Positions 43,648 through 53,371 of a stretch of 64,000 nt of DNA are shown here, piece by piece (within the stretch, counting starts at the first letter, position 1; each line of letters starts with the position of its first letter). The stretch is from a virus (taxonomy: Duplodnaviria > Caudoviricetes), in IMG/VR virus record IMGVR_UViG_3300037721_000031, positions 202,567 through 266,566 of that record; one strand, written 5' to 3'. A program made the position numbers and the translations under genes. The notes beneath the pieces are model-generated. The model made no database searches. It saw nothing but the letters and a program-made list of their open reading frames with translations, and was not told the DNA's origin.

Positions 43648-43675
43648 AGTGTCTGAGGGAACTCCCTCAGACACT
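43648..43675. terminator. stem-loop terminator
   Basis: AGTGTCTGAGGG-aact-CCCTCAGACACT followed by ATGCCG. Confidence 0.75.
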
Positions 43676-43689
43676 ATGCCGTCTTGAAG

Positions 43690-45135
43690 TTAAAGGCCGC
43701 GAATAGCAGCCTTCATTAACATAAGTAAAACAGGTGTAAAGTAGAAACGATCTAAAGTATTCCAATTAACCATATCTTCGCAGAAAGACTTTAGTCTCTT
43801 AAAGCTCAAAACTTTATCGTCAATGTAATCTTGAACCATAAGTTCTAATTGTGACTGCTTACCTATTACTCTGTTGTTCTTATAAAACTCTTCAGAGAAT
43901 ACATAGTAGTCATCTTTCATAGCTCGATGTATAATAGGAGGTAGTACTAAATAGTTACCTACCGGATTACCGTCTTCATCTGTGAGATTATAACCATCAA
44001 GCGCACTGTGAATTACTTCAAATAAAGGAATAGGTTCTGGTAATAGAGCCGCAGTACTCAATCTAGTCGGACCTCTTTTCATGAGGTTACCATTGACTAG
44101 TTTCAAAGTAGGCATCAGTTTATAATCAACAGTCAGTGTCGGATCTGTTGGGTAAATGAGTTCCTCTACACCTGACCACCTTACACCTTCAAGCATTGGG
44201 TCAGAAGTAAATTCTCTAGAGTAGACTTTACCTACTTTTAAGAAAACATCAGCCATACCAAGACGATCACGCTTTAGTAATGCGTACCATACGGATGATG
44301 CTTGTAACGCATAATCATCATCGACATTCAGTACCTTCATGTCCTTAATTTCTTGAGTATCAAATATAGAAAATATACTAGACAAGAATTGAGTAAGGTA
44401 ATGATCGTAAGTTGAGGTATCCTGACCGGGTAAAATCACAGTAGATAGTTCTTTAGACATGAATGTCTTGAAATATCTATCCAGAATCATTCTGTAATTA
44501 CGACGAAGATATTCAATGCTCTCATAATCTTCTTCAAAGATTAATGGATTCTGACCGTACTTAATAAAGTCTTTGTCGTACTGGAATGTTTGAACTACTT
44601 TTCTATTAAGATCATCTAGGCGTGATCCACCTTGTTCTATAACAGTATCTGAATATCCCATCATCTTGTATTCGATGGAATGAACAGCTTGTTTAAAAAC
44701 AGATAGTCGAGTTACATTAGTAATCTCGAACACACCTTCACGACCCGCACCAACGTCTGCTAGAAACATATCCCCTATGTTAGGAATCACAAACGGATAA
44801 ACGTTTGCTTCTCCTGTAACGGATAGAGCATTTGTATCTGTATTCTGCGATGTAGTTAAGGCAGTGGTTACCTTTAACTCCATTCCTTTAATGAGCCGGT
44901 ATTGTTGGTGGAGAGGTGAAGTTCCTTGACCTTGACCCTGAGTGGCTGAATCTAAATCTAGAGCTTGACTGTAGTAATTTACTGTCCAGGAACTACCTTC
45001 CACACGTGTGAGTATGTTCTGAACTGGCTCCAATTTAGTATCAACTGTTACACCTTTATACTCAGGCTTGGCAATCTGTACCACTGCAGACTTTGGGCTT
45101 GGTGGAGCGGTATCGTTCGGCGCCACTATAGGCAT
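43690..45135 (-). CDS. virion structural protein, phiKZ gp99-like
   Basis: 481 aa; synteny; SD AGGAG. Confidence 0.6.
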   Translation of the reverse strand: MPIVAPNDTAPPSPKSAVVQIAKPEYKGVTVDTKLEPVQNILTRVEGSSWTVNYYSQALDLDSATQGQGQGTSPLHQQYRLIKGMELKVTTALTTSQNTDTNALSVTGEANVYPFVIPNIGDMFLADVGAGREGVFEITNVTRLSVFKQAVHSIEYKMMGYSDTVIEQGGSRLDDLNRKVVQTFQYDKDFIKYGQNPLIFEEDYESIEYLRRNYRMILDRYFKTFMSKELSTVILPGQDTSTYDHYLTQFLSSIFSIFDTQEIKDMKVLNVDDDYALQASSVWYALLKRDRLGMADVFLKVGKVYSREFTSDPMLEGVRWSGVEELIYPTDPTLTVDYKLMPTLKLVNGNLMKRGPTRLSTAALLPEPIPLFEVIHSALDGYNLTDEDGNPVGNYLVLPPIIHRAMKDDYYVFSEEFYKNNRVIGKQSQLELMVQDYIDDKVLSFKRLKSFCEDMVNWNTLDRFYFTPVLLMLMKAAIRGL

Positions 45136-45155
45136 ATTTTTCTCCTGCTGAGTAG

Positions 45156-46721
45156 TTAACTATTCGTTCGAGATGAGTCCACGAACAAAATCATGACGGT
45201 GTTAAATTGATGAAGTTGTTGAGTTCGCTTAGTATCGAAATATTTATCAATTTCAAATGCTGCGCGGTCAAATTCTTTTCTAGACATGTAATTACCAACC
45301 ATACAAGTAGGCAGAAATCCTTCTTGTTCAAGATTAGGTCTTAAAGCTGTTAATAGCATGCGTGTGAGCGAACAGTTATTACGCAGTCTGTCTTTAGCCT
45401 CAGTAGGTAATAGGTTCGGCCTCTGATATAAAGCAAGTCTTACATGGAATGTATCTCTCAGGCTAGGCGGTTCTACTAAGCTAACCATTAGATCAGAATC
45501 AATAACGTATTGATCTCTTTGAAGAGGAAGCTCATTACGGTAAACCATCAGATGAAAAATAGACATTCCTAACTTAGTCATCCATTGATACTCTGTTCGC
45601 ATGAACTCTAAAACATCTTCATCCAGATCATGAGTTCCGAGTTGTTCTAAACTAAGTAACTCAAGAGGATTATCCAGATCAATAGTAGTCAGACCTGTAA
45701 GTATTCTAAGAGTTTCTGGAGGGACAGTACCTGGTTCTGGCAGGAACTCATCAAACTCAGGAATAGATATTCCCGGCATCGCAATGTTCTCAGTAGGTAT
45801 AGAGCTCTCAAATAACCTAAGACTATATGCTGACTGAGTATACTGTAATGCGTAGTCTTCCACTCTTTCAACTTGAGTAGTTGGTCTATAGTTCTTATCA
45901 ATTAGTTGATTGTTAATAACTAAAGGATAGGTCATAACTGATGCAACAGGCTTATCATACTTGAAAGTGTATGTAAACTCTATGTTCTGTACACTTGATT
46001 CACTTTGCTTTTCATTCTCATCAGGTACAAGACTAAAATTAAAGTAACCAAGTATACGAGCCTGTGCTTCAGCTACACCCCATTGTGTTTGCTTACCAGC
46101 TAGATTACCAAGTAGTCTGGCTTTAGGAGAGAAATAGAATTGAAGATACTCATCCCATGTTTGACCGTATGGCTCGTAATCTTCTTTTTCTCTCATCTTG
46201 TATATTTCTTCTAACACCTTAATAAATTCAGGTGGAAGAAGATAGCTGTAGCTCACATCGTGTACCCGAACATCACGACTCATCGCAATGCGAGTACGGA
46301 TATCTTCTCTCCAACGAATAGCTTGATCCTTATCAGTAAATCGTGAACGTATACGCAAAGTCACATCACAAGGGCTATACGCTGGACGGATCCATACACG
46401 AGCGTCTTCATCGTCAAAAATTCTTGGGTTATCATCATACAGTACTGCCATTGACAGACCGCGATCTTCTTGATGAACTTCCTCAATGGATATTTTCCAC
46501 ATTGAGTGAGCATCAAAGAAATTAAACTCTTTTTCATTAGAGATAGTGGATCCAGTCTGAGGAGGCCGCTCATCATATCCTGGAAAAATTATCTGTGTAT
46601 CTTTGGGTAAGCCTGTCCATACAAGTAATTGTCGGACAATATCGAGCGTCACTGGTCGAGTCACGCTATCCCGGACGCCCGGATTTGCTAATACCAGTTT
46701 TGGCATAAGGTATGTCCTCAA
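45156..46721 (-). CDS. virion structural protein, phiKZ gp98-like
   Basis: 521 aa; synteny; SD GAGG. Confidence 0.6.
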   Translation of the reverse strand: MRTYLMPKLVLANPGVRDSVTRPVTLDIVRQLLVWTGLPKDTQIIFPGYDERPPQTGSTISNEKEFNFFDAHSMWKISIEEVHQEDRGLSMAVLYDDNPRIFDDEDARVWIRPAYSPCDVTLRIRSRFTDKDQAIRWREDIRTRIAMSRDVRVHDVSYSYLLPPEFIKVLEEIYKMREKEDYEPYGQTWDEYLQFYFSPKARLLGNLAGKQTQWGVAEAQARILGYFNFSLVPDENEKQSESSVQNIEFTYTFKYDKPVASVMTYPLVINNQLIDKNYRPTTQVERVEDYALQYTQSAYSLRLFESSIPTENIAMPGISIPEFDEFLPEPGTVPPETLRILTGLTTIDLDNPLELLSLEQLGTHDLDEDVLEFMRTEYQWMTKLGMSIFHLMVYRNELPLQRDQYVIDSDLMVSLVEPPSLRDTFHVRLALYQRPNLLPTEAKDRLRNNCSLTRMLLTALRPNLEQEGFLPTCMVGNYMSRKEFDRAAFEIDKYFDTKRTQQLHQFNTVMILFVDSSRTNS

Positions 46722-46766
46722 GTATGTTTAATCACATAATTTCTAGCATTATGTTAAAAACAACAA

Positions 46767-46803
46767 CATAAAAGGAAAAGGGGTAATCCCTTTTCCTTTT
46801 ATG
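46767..46803. terminator. palindromic terminator
   Basis: CATAAAAGGAAAAGGG-gtaat-CCCTTTTCCTTTTATG. Confidence 0.8.
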
Positions 46804-46826
46804 AGATTGCTAAATTAAAGAAGTAG

Positions 46827-48134
46827 TTACTTAGCTTGTGTTGTTGCTTCTAAGTCATCAACAACAATGCGAATGACTTGGTTTATAATCTTAGAATTAA
46901 GAGAATATAATCCAGCTAAAGCATTCACAGGAGTTGATTCCAAGTTTCTCACAACTGAGGTAACAATATTCAAGTACGGTAACTTAGAGTTAATATCTCC
47001 AGAGATAGAATCTACTTGCACTGTCTTCTCAATTACGCGAACCAGAGTATCGATATCATTTTGTCGTGTAGTCAGCGCAGTGTTTATCTTATCTGACAAA
47101 TCAATCAATCGCATTGCTAGCTTCAACAGTTGTGAAGATTCATTACGCGGCATTGTATCCATCTGAACAGGATTAACAGGTGTGCTTTTTACAGCGATGT
47201 GTACTTTCAGATCGGATAAATTGTCTCTGAATGTCGATGCAATTTGTTCATTACTATCGCTGTCTTTTACAGTCTTTTCACCAATGTCAACTGTAACCAT
47301 ACCACCGCTAAGAAATCCACCTGTAATCTCAAACCCTTTACCAACCTTCTTTGAGTTGCGGAGTCTACTAAAATCACGGATGGTGCGATCAGAAGCCAGC
47401 ATTGAAGCATAGCTAGCAGTCAGCGGCTTATTGTCAGCCTGAACAGCTTTATAGAAGTTACCAGCAATTTGAACAATCGTACTAATATAATCATTAGCAG
47501 CAGCTAAGTACTTTTCTGATCCTTCAGCATGCAGTGCTAACTGATAAATCATATCAGAAACCTTACTACACACATGTACGTCACCGTCAGCATTTAGAAA
47601 ATAAAGCGGTTTTGTCTTGAATTTCTTACCAGTAATTTTGTTATCATCGACGTCATTTAATGATAATTGCAACTTCTTAATTTGCAAACGTCTCTGACCA
47701 ATCAACTTACTGTGACTAGTCAAAAACTCTGTAATCTTCTTCTTAATAGCTGCAAGAATACGAGCAACTTCTGCAAGAATACGCTTAATCACTTCTTTGA
47801 TTCTTGCACCGACTGTACTACCGGAAGAGATGTCTTCCATAGCAGGGAAAATAACAGATGCGTCAGCACCAGTTCCCAACATGGTTGCATCTGTGGCTAT
47901 TTGAATTAGTGCAGCTTCTCTAGGAGTAACTGTTTCTTCAGAAGTAGCAATGAACGCCAGATCTTCAAGAGCTCCAACGACATTCATCACACTATCGACT
48001 TCTCTAAAATCGTTTACAATCTGAGCTTCAGCACTGTCGACTGTAGCTTGTAGCTCATCAATTTCCTCCATCGACAATGAAGGTTCGGACTGAGAATCAA
48101 GCTGACCATCCATAGCCAGTTTAATAATATTCAT
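46827..48134 (-). CDS. internal head protein, phiKZ gp93-97 family
   Basis: Acidic propeptide with SME/ALE/AME motifs followed by amphipathic helix RIKEVIKRILAEVARI. Confidence 0.75.
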   Translation of the reverse strand: MNIIKLAMDGQLDSQSEPSLSMEEIDELQATVDSAEAQIVNDFREVDSVMNVVGALEDLAFIATSEETVTPREAALIQIATDATMLGTGADASVIFPAMEDISSGSTVGARIKEVIKRILAEVARILAAIKKKITEFLTSHSKLIGQRRLQIKKLQLSLNDVDDNKITGKKFKTKPLYFLNADGDVHVCSKVSDMIYQLALHAEGSEKYLAAANDYISTIVQIAGNFYKAVQADNKPLTASYASMLASDRTIRDFSRLRNSKKVGKGFEITGGFLSGGMVTVDIGEKTVKDSDSNEQIASTFRDNLSDLKVHIAVKSTPVNPVQMDTMPRNESSQLLKLAMRLIDLSDKINTALTTRQNDIDTLVRVIEKTVQVDSISGDINSKLPYLNIVTSVVRNLESTPVNALAGLYSLNSKIINQVIRIVVDDLEATTQAK

Positions 48135-48288
48135 AAATAACTTTCAAGAATGTTTGGAATTTATTGCTCATGTAATTAGAGCTACATAGAATCTGTAATT
48201 AGAAAATACAATAGCGGCATAAAGAGAGATTAATGGTGGAATTTTCACTCCACCATTAATCTCCAACACTACCATTACTATTATTATT

Positions 48289-49563
48289 TCAGACTTCGTA
48301 CTGTTCAATAGATTTTTCGCAGTAACTGAGAACTGAATTAGAACACGATGTAGCAAAACCAAAAACCCTACTATGAATACCACGTGCAATATACGGAGCC
48401 ACAATTGCTATTGCACCAAGTACCTCACGATGACTCGGATTCATATCCGTTGGAGTTTTCTTCAGCACTTCAAGCGCCTTAGTAAGCTTAACAGATGTAG
48501 ACTTAAGAACAGACTCGAAGTGATGATAAGTGGCAATGTCGTAACATACTTTTTCAACCATACCGCAAAGAATCTTAATTTCTGAAATACTAAGAGTCTT
48601 CATTGTACCGTCACCGGCGTCTTCGGAAGCGACATCGTCATCACGTCTAATAACAAAACTCAAATGCCGCAATGTCTCCAAACTAGTTGGTACAGTCATA
48701 ATACCGACATATCCGCCTGGCAGTAAGTCGGTAGTATATACATCAGTACCTGCCTTCACATAGATGTCAGCAATCTTACCGATCTCTTGACTATGCTTAA
48801 AGATATTACCATAAGCCTTATCTATTACTTCAGGGAACCGCGCCACTAGCTTTAATGTAGCAGTAATGTCTTTAGCTTCTGCATTTGCAAACTCTTCAAC
48901 GATACTATTCAGAAGAATAACGTGATCACCCTTAGAATCTACCTTATAGGCGTCACCAACCAATTCAGCCAATTCTTTATAACGCTTAGAAAGGTCTTCA
49001 CCTTTACTAAGTGCTTTAGAAAGACCACGGTCCATAAATGAAGCATTACTAGGTTTACCACTAAGACTATTAAGACGCTTATTTAACGCTTTAGCTTTGT
49101 TTTCTAAGTGCTTTGCTGCGTTAGATACTTTCTTTACAAAATCACTGATCCAATCGACAGCCTTTCTGAAAGCTTCGACAATAGCGGCCATAATACGGAC
49201 TGCGTGATCCTTAATCTTAGAAGCTACCGTCTTAGCACCTTCTAAGAAATCAGCTTCCATAGAAAGAGTTTGCGGAAACTCCAGACCAATAGACTCATAG
49301 ATTTGTTCAATAGCGATCTCAGCTAACGCTGTTACTGTGGCGGTATCCGTAGTTTCAGTAATACCGTCTTTAATAGCACCAGCTACACGATATAAAGAAT
49401 CAATAGCCTTATTAGCAGACTGAATTTCATCAAAAGCTTTATCTACAACTTCACCCGCTTGCTCTGATTCAGTAACTGATGTCTGGACATCTCCTTCCAG
49501 AATAACAACACTGTCATCTTTAGGCTCATCACATTCAGTGATGTATTGCAATAACTTGTTCAT
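48289..49563 (-). CDS. internal head protein, phiKZ gp93-97 family
   Basis: Start moved to MNKLLQ (upstream in-frame part is a terminator hairpin); LSME|ADF; aligns with 49684 ORF (TDLLPGG, SFAT-C-N-VL-Y-EKS). Confidence 0.8.
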   Translation of the reverse strand: MNKLLQYITECDEPKDDSVVILEGDVQTSVTESEQAGEVVDKAFDEIQSANKAIDSLYRVAGAIKDGITETTDTATVTALAEIAIEQIYESIGLEFPQTLSMEADFLEGAKTVASKIKDHAVRIMAAIVEAFRKAVDWISDFVKKVSNAAKHLENKAKALNKRLNSLSGKPSNASFMDRGLSKALSKGEDLSKRYKELAELVGDAYKVDSKGDHVILLNSIVEEFANAEAKDITATLKLVARFPEVIDKAYGNIFKHSQEIGKIADIYVKAGTDVYTTDLLPGGYVGIMTVPTSLETLRHLSFVIRRDDDVASEDAGDGTMKTLSISEIKILCGMVEKVCYDIATYHHFESVLKSTSVKLTKALEVLKKTPTDMNPSHREVLGAIAIVAPYIARGIHSRVFGFATSCSNSVLSYCEKSIEQYEV

Positions 49564-49610
49564 GTATCTTCCTTGAGAATGGTTATTTGTCAATAATGGA
49601 AAATGCGTAT

Positions 49611-49638
49611 AAACAGAGAGGCTTACGCCTCTCTGTTT
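49611..49638. terminator. stem-loop terminator
   Basis: AAACAGAGAGGC-ttac-GCCTCTCTGTTT. Confidence 0.75.
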
Positions 49639-49683
49639 AATTTTCACTTAAAATACCACTATAAACTTTTTGAGTTTATTTTC

Positions 49684-51672
49684 TCAAGCTGCCTTAGCGT
49701 CGTACTGCTTAGCAGACTCTGTTGCCAGATTCAAAGAAGCACTAACAACACGTGAAGCAACAACAGCCGCAGGCTGATGGATACCCTTGATCAAATGACG
49801 GATAGTCTTAAGAGAAGATAAAACACCCTTCATCTTAGCTGCAGTACCTTCACCCTTACCGAATGCGTCGGCAGCAGCCATCGTACCGATAACCTTAGCC
49901 ACACCGTCAGACCACATACCGATGTCTTTTTGGAAAGCGCTATAAGCCTTCGATGTTTCCACAAATGCCAGTGCAACCTTAGCCACATCTGCAATTTGAG
50001 CAGGCGTCAACACATTAGCTTGTGCATCTTCTGCAACTTTAGAAGTATTAGGATCAATACCAATTCCAGAACGGAACGAGGCAACAGCATCAGTAGACTT
50101 AGGAATGTATGCCCAGACGACTTGCTCACCAAGGAACCTTTGAGTCATGCTGATAGACGTACCATCCGGCGCTTCAGCAACACCAACTCTAGCACCAAGG
50201 CTATTTGCAACGTTGTTATATTGCAGACCCTTACCAGTCACAGTGCTAATAGCCGCTAGTACCATGGCTTCAGCCTTATCGGCATCAGCAGTAGTCTTAG
50301 CTTGCTCAATAGCCTTAATGACGTTGCTGATTGTTTCAGCCACATGACTATTTGCAGAACCCTCAAAGAAGTCAACAGCCTTCTTAACTTCACCTGCTAA
50401 ATTCGACGGAACCTTACCGCCGAGAGTGAGTGATTTAACAAGAGTCGCATTACCGACCGTCTTAGCTTTTGGCATTCCAGTCATCTTTTCAGATGCAGCA
50501 AGGAGCTTCTCAGCACGAGCCTTGATGTGAGCGTTTGCATTGAAAATCTTGGTAACAAATTCTTGAACCCACTGGATAGCCTTCTTCACACCTTCGACTA
50601 CGGCAGCCCAGATCTTTTTAGCTTGCTCACGGATGTCTTCCAGAGCAATAGAAGTGGCAGAGACGCGAGCTTCGTCAATGTTAAACGATTCCATAGCAGG
50701 AATGCCAAGAGCCTTACCCATACCCATGTGGGAATAGATATGTTCGGCAGCGACCTTCAGAATACGTGCACCATGAATGTCAAGACCACCGTTAGAAGCA
50801 GCTGAAGCAGCAATTTCTACGAACGACTCAAGAACCATAGCTGTATCTTCGGCATCGTCACACTCTTCCATGAGTTCAGCCGTATCTTCGGCATTGTCAA
50901 CAGCATCCTGAATCTCAACTTCGGTCCGTTCACCGTCAGTTTCAATAACAGTCATGTCTTCAGCAGAAATAGACGGAGTGTCGAGAACAGTTACTTCAAC
51001 AGCAACTTTGTCTTCAGTCTGGACAACTTCGACCACTGTCTCGGCAGTAGTTACAGTAGTGACGGAATCAGTAGTAGTCACAGTAGCAACCGTTTCACCA
51101 GCTGCATCCTTTACGACAGCCGTTTCACCTTCAGCAACGGTAGTCTGAGCCGGTGTCTCTTCAGCAGTAACCGTAGTTGCTGTGTCAGTGACAGCGATAG
51201 CATCTGTAGTAGCCGGAGCAGTAGCATCAACAGCGGTGTCGGCGACAGCTGTAGCAGCTGCAGTAGTATCGACAGCTGCAGCTGCAGTATCCACGGTAAC
51301 TTCATCTTCAGTAGCAACCACTTCACCACTCTTCAAGCGAGCGATCTCCGCTTCCAGTTCACTGATTCTCTTTTGAGCGTCAGTCACAACTTCAGCTGGC
51401 TTTTCTTCAGGAGTAACTTCAGTTACTTCAGCAACAGCATCTTGAGTAGCGGGAACAACTTCACTGGCGGTGGCGGGAGCTTCTTCCAGCTTGTCTGTCT
51501 TTTCAACAGTAGCGACTTCAGTAGACTCCACCTTCACCGTAACTTCAACATTGTCAGTAGCTGCAGTCACTTCAGTAACGGGACGAGTTTCTTCAACAGC
51601 ACTAACTTCTTCGTTTTCTAAGGCCACTTGCTTAATTGCAAGCTGAAACAAGCCTCGATTGATACGACGCAT
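49684..51672 (-). CDS. large internal head protein, phiKZ gp93 family, with very long propeptide
   Basis: ALE, VLE, AME and IALE|DIRE motifs; T/A/V/E-rich N-half; mature part aligns with 48289 ORF. Confidence 0.8.
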   Translation of the reverse strand: MRRINRGLFQLAIKQVALENEEVSAVEETRPVTEVTAATDNVEVTVKVESTEVATVEKTDKLEEAPATASEVVPATQDAVAEVTEVTPEEKPAEVVTDAQKRISELEAEIARLKSGEVVATEDEVTVDTAAAAVDTTAAATAVADTAVDATAPATTDAIAVTDTATTVTAEETPAQTTVAEGETAVVKDAAGETVATVTTTDSVTTVTTAETVVEVVQTEDKVAVEVTVLDTPSISAEDMTVIETDGERTEVEIQDAVDNAEDTAELMEECDDAEDTAMVLESFVEIAASAASNGGLDIHGARILKVAAEHIYSHMGMGKALGIPAMESFNIDEARVSATSIALEDIREQAKKIWAAVVEGVKKAIQWVQEFVTKIFNANAHIKARAEKLLAASEKMTGMPKAKTVGNATLVKSLTLGGKVPSNLAGEVKKAVDFFEGSANSHVAETISNVIKAIEQAKTTADADKAEAMVLAAISTVTGKGLQYNNVANSLGARVGVAEAPDGTSISMTQRFLGEQVVWAYIPKSTDAVASFRSGIGIDPNTSKVAEDAQANVLTPAQIADVAKVALAFVETSKAYSAFQKDIGMWSDGVAKVIGTMAAADAFGKGEGTAAKMKGVLSSLKTIRHLIKGIHQPAAVVASRVVSASLNLATESAKQYDAKAA

Positions 51673-51682
51673 AATTGTAACT

Positions 51683-51793
51683 CCATTCGAATGGGGAAAT
51701 AAACAAGTTTAGTATCGCGCGTGATACGTAGGGACGGCTGTCCCATAGATGTCTGATCTATGAGGCTTTACCTCGCAGACCAGACATCCATAG
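51683..51793 (-). promoter_or_regulatory. structured 5' leader (four hairpins)
   Basis: About 23-bp irregular stem at 51743-51793 plus hairpins at 51731-51744, 51712-51727 and 51683-51694 (overlaps SD). Confidence 0.55.
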
Positions 51794-51820
51794 AATTGTA
51801 GCCTTTTCCCTGCAAATGTA

Positions 51821-52432
51821 TCAGCGCTTAATACCAAACAGAATATGACAGGTTGTTAGTAAGTCAACAAAACCATTAGGCTTAGTCGTCCAATCACAAA
51901 ATAAATCAGGTAACATTACTCGTCCACTGAACGACAGTTCACGAGTGAATACCTTAGAGAACTTAGCATTGGCCATCCGCGCCAGTGAAGGATCTGTTAG
52001 ACGTGTCTGTGACGGCTCAAGAAGGACATCCCAATTTTGCAGGGACATATCTCTTTTACCAGACCAAACAAAATTCAAACAATCTTCTAAGAAGTCTCGC
52101 TGTTGTTCTCCAAAGGCAGGACTTTGAAACTGTGTCATGTACCAGCCTTCAAAGTCTAATGTTCCGAACGCTTTAAATAGAACACGGAACATATTCTCGC
52201 GAAATTCAAAATTAGATGCTTGAATGTCGTTACGCAGAAGAGAAATGTAAGCTTCCTCAATAGCCATGTTAGCAGTTACCAGCTCTGGTTGATTTGCATC
52301 AAAAACAGATACATCATACTGGAAACGACCACGAACCCGTTCTGGTGATTTGTTTACCAGAACGGGTTCTAACTTGGCTCCGAGAAACCCCCGCGGATAG
52401 ACCTTAAACTGTCCGAAGAGGTTTGTACTCAT
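51821..52432 (-). CDS. head protein, phiKZ gp91-like
   Basis: 203 aa; synteny; ATGA-type overlap with upstream gene. Confidence 0.6.
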   Translation of the reverse strand: MSTNLFGQFKVYPRGFLGAKLEPVLVNKSPERVRGRFQYDVSVFDANQPELVTANMAIEEAYISLLRNDIQASNFEFRENMFRVLFKAFGTLDFEGWYMTQFQSPAFGEQQRDFLEDCLNFVWSGKRDMSLQNWDVLLEPSQTRLTDPSLARMANAKFSKVFTRELSFSGRVMLPDLFCDWTTKPNGFVDLLTTCHILFGIKR

Positions 52433-53313
52433 TTTCCATTCTCCATTTCAGAGATCTGGAAGCTCAGATCTTGAACACGACTCTCGACATATTCAATCTG
52501 TCTCTCTAAATTAGCATCAGACCTACCAGCCTTCAACTTTTCAAGATTCATTCTACGAAGTTGAATAAGAGATAACTCTTCCTTCATCTCTTTATATCTA
52601 CGTACTTGATACTCAGCAACAAGCATACGTACGTAATAAATAGGATTAGCTTTAGATGCAATGAAACCTAACTTAAGAGGATCTAGCTTAGATTCACCGA
52701 TTGTAACTTTAAGAGATTCAGGGTCTGAAGCAGAAACCTGAATTTCAGGAATACTTTCAAAACTGGAAGCAACCTTACTGGAGTCTGAAGATGTAGATTT
52801 CAATGCATTACAAAAATCTACAAATGTCGTCTCAAGCCACTCTAATTCGTACTTAGAAATAGAGTCTGTAACCTTCTTAGAAGACATGTAAGGTGAAGTC
52901 TCCATAACGTAGACCCAGTTAAGGAACTTACGCGCATACTTAGCTACAAGAAACATAGCGTCGCAATACTTAACGATCGTTGCTTGCTTATAGGTAAGTC
53001 CATTACCGGAGACGTTATTTCCTAATGTGGAAGCTGCGAGATCTTCAAGTTGCTGCAGATTCTTCAAGATGTCATTTAGGCGGTCAGAGATATAGACAAC
53101 TGGATTTTCATTAGTTACCATAACTCGTTTAAAGTCAGCCATCCTATTAGACACTAACTCATTCTCAAACTTCCAGTTCTTCAGAAGCTTAGCTGCTGTA
53201 GCGTATGCAGCTTGAAGTTCAGTAACTTCACCATGGGTTACTCTCAGGTCGCTGATGAGCCTATCTTTTTCAAAGGTAGGAAGTAATAGCTTAATAAATT
53301 TACTAAGAAACAT
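52429..53313 (-). CDS. virion (inner head) protein, phiKZ gp90-like
   Basis: 294 aa; synteny; SD GGAG. Confidence 0.65.
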   Translation of the reverse strand: MFLSKFIKLLLPTFEKDRLISDLRVTHGEVTELQAAYATAAKLLKNWKFENELVSNRMADFKRVMVTNENPVVYISDRLNDILKNLQQLEDLAASTLGNNVSGNGLTYKQATIVKYCDAMFLVAKYARKFLNWVYVMETSPYMSSKKVTDSISKYELEWLETTFVDFCNALKSTSSDSSKVASSFESIPEIQVSASDPESLKVTIGESKLDPLKLGFIASKANPIYYVRMLVAEYQVRRYKEMKEELSLIQLRRMNLEKLKAGRSDANLERQIEYVESRVQDLSFQISEMENGK

Positions 53314-53371
53314 ATTTTTACTCCGTTAGCTTAGGAAACTTATTCCCTAAAACTCGGTTTCTTAAAATGAA

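Noticed and set aside
50900-51620. Repeat-like GCAGTA/ACAGC runs suggesting a CRISPR or tandem array
   Set aside because: Degenerate codons of a T/A/V/E-rich propeptide; no fixed repeat-spacer periodicity
51743-51793. Hammerhead or other self-cleaving ribozyme
   Set aside because: No CUGANGA/GAAA core on either strand
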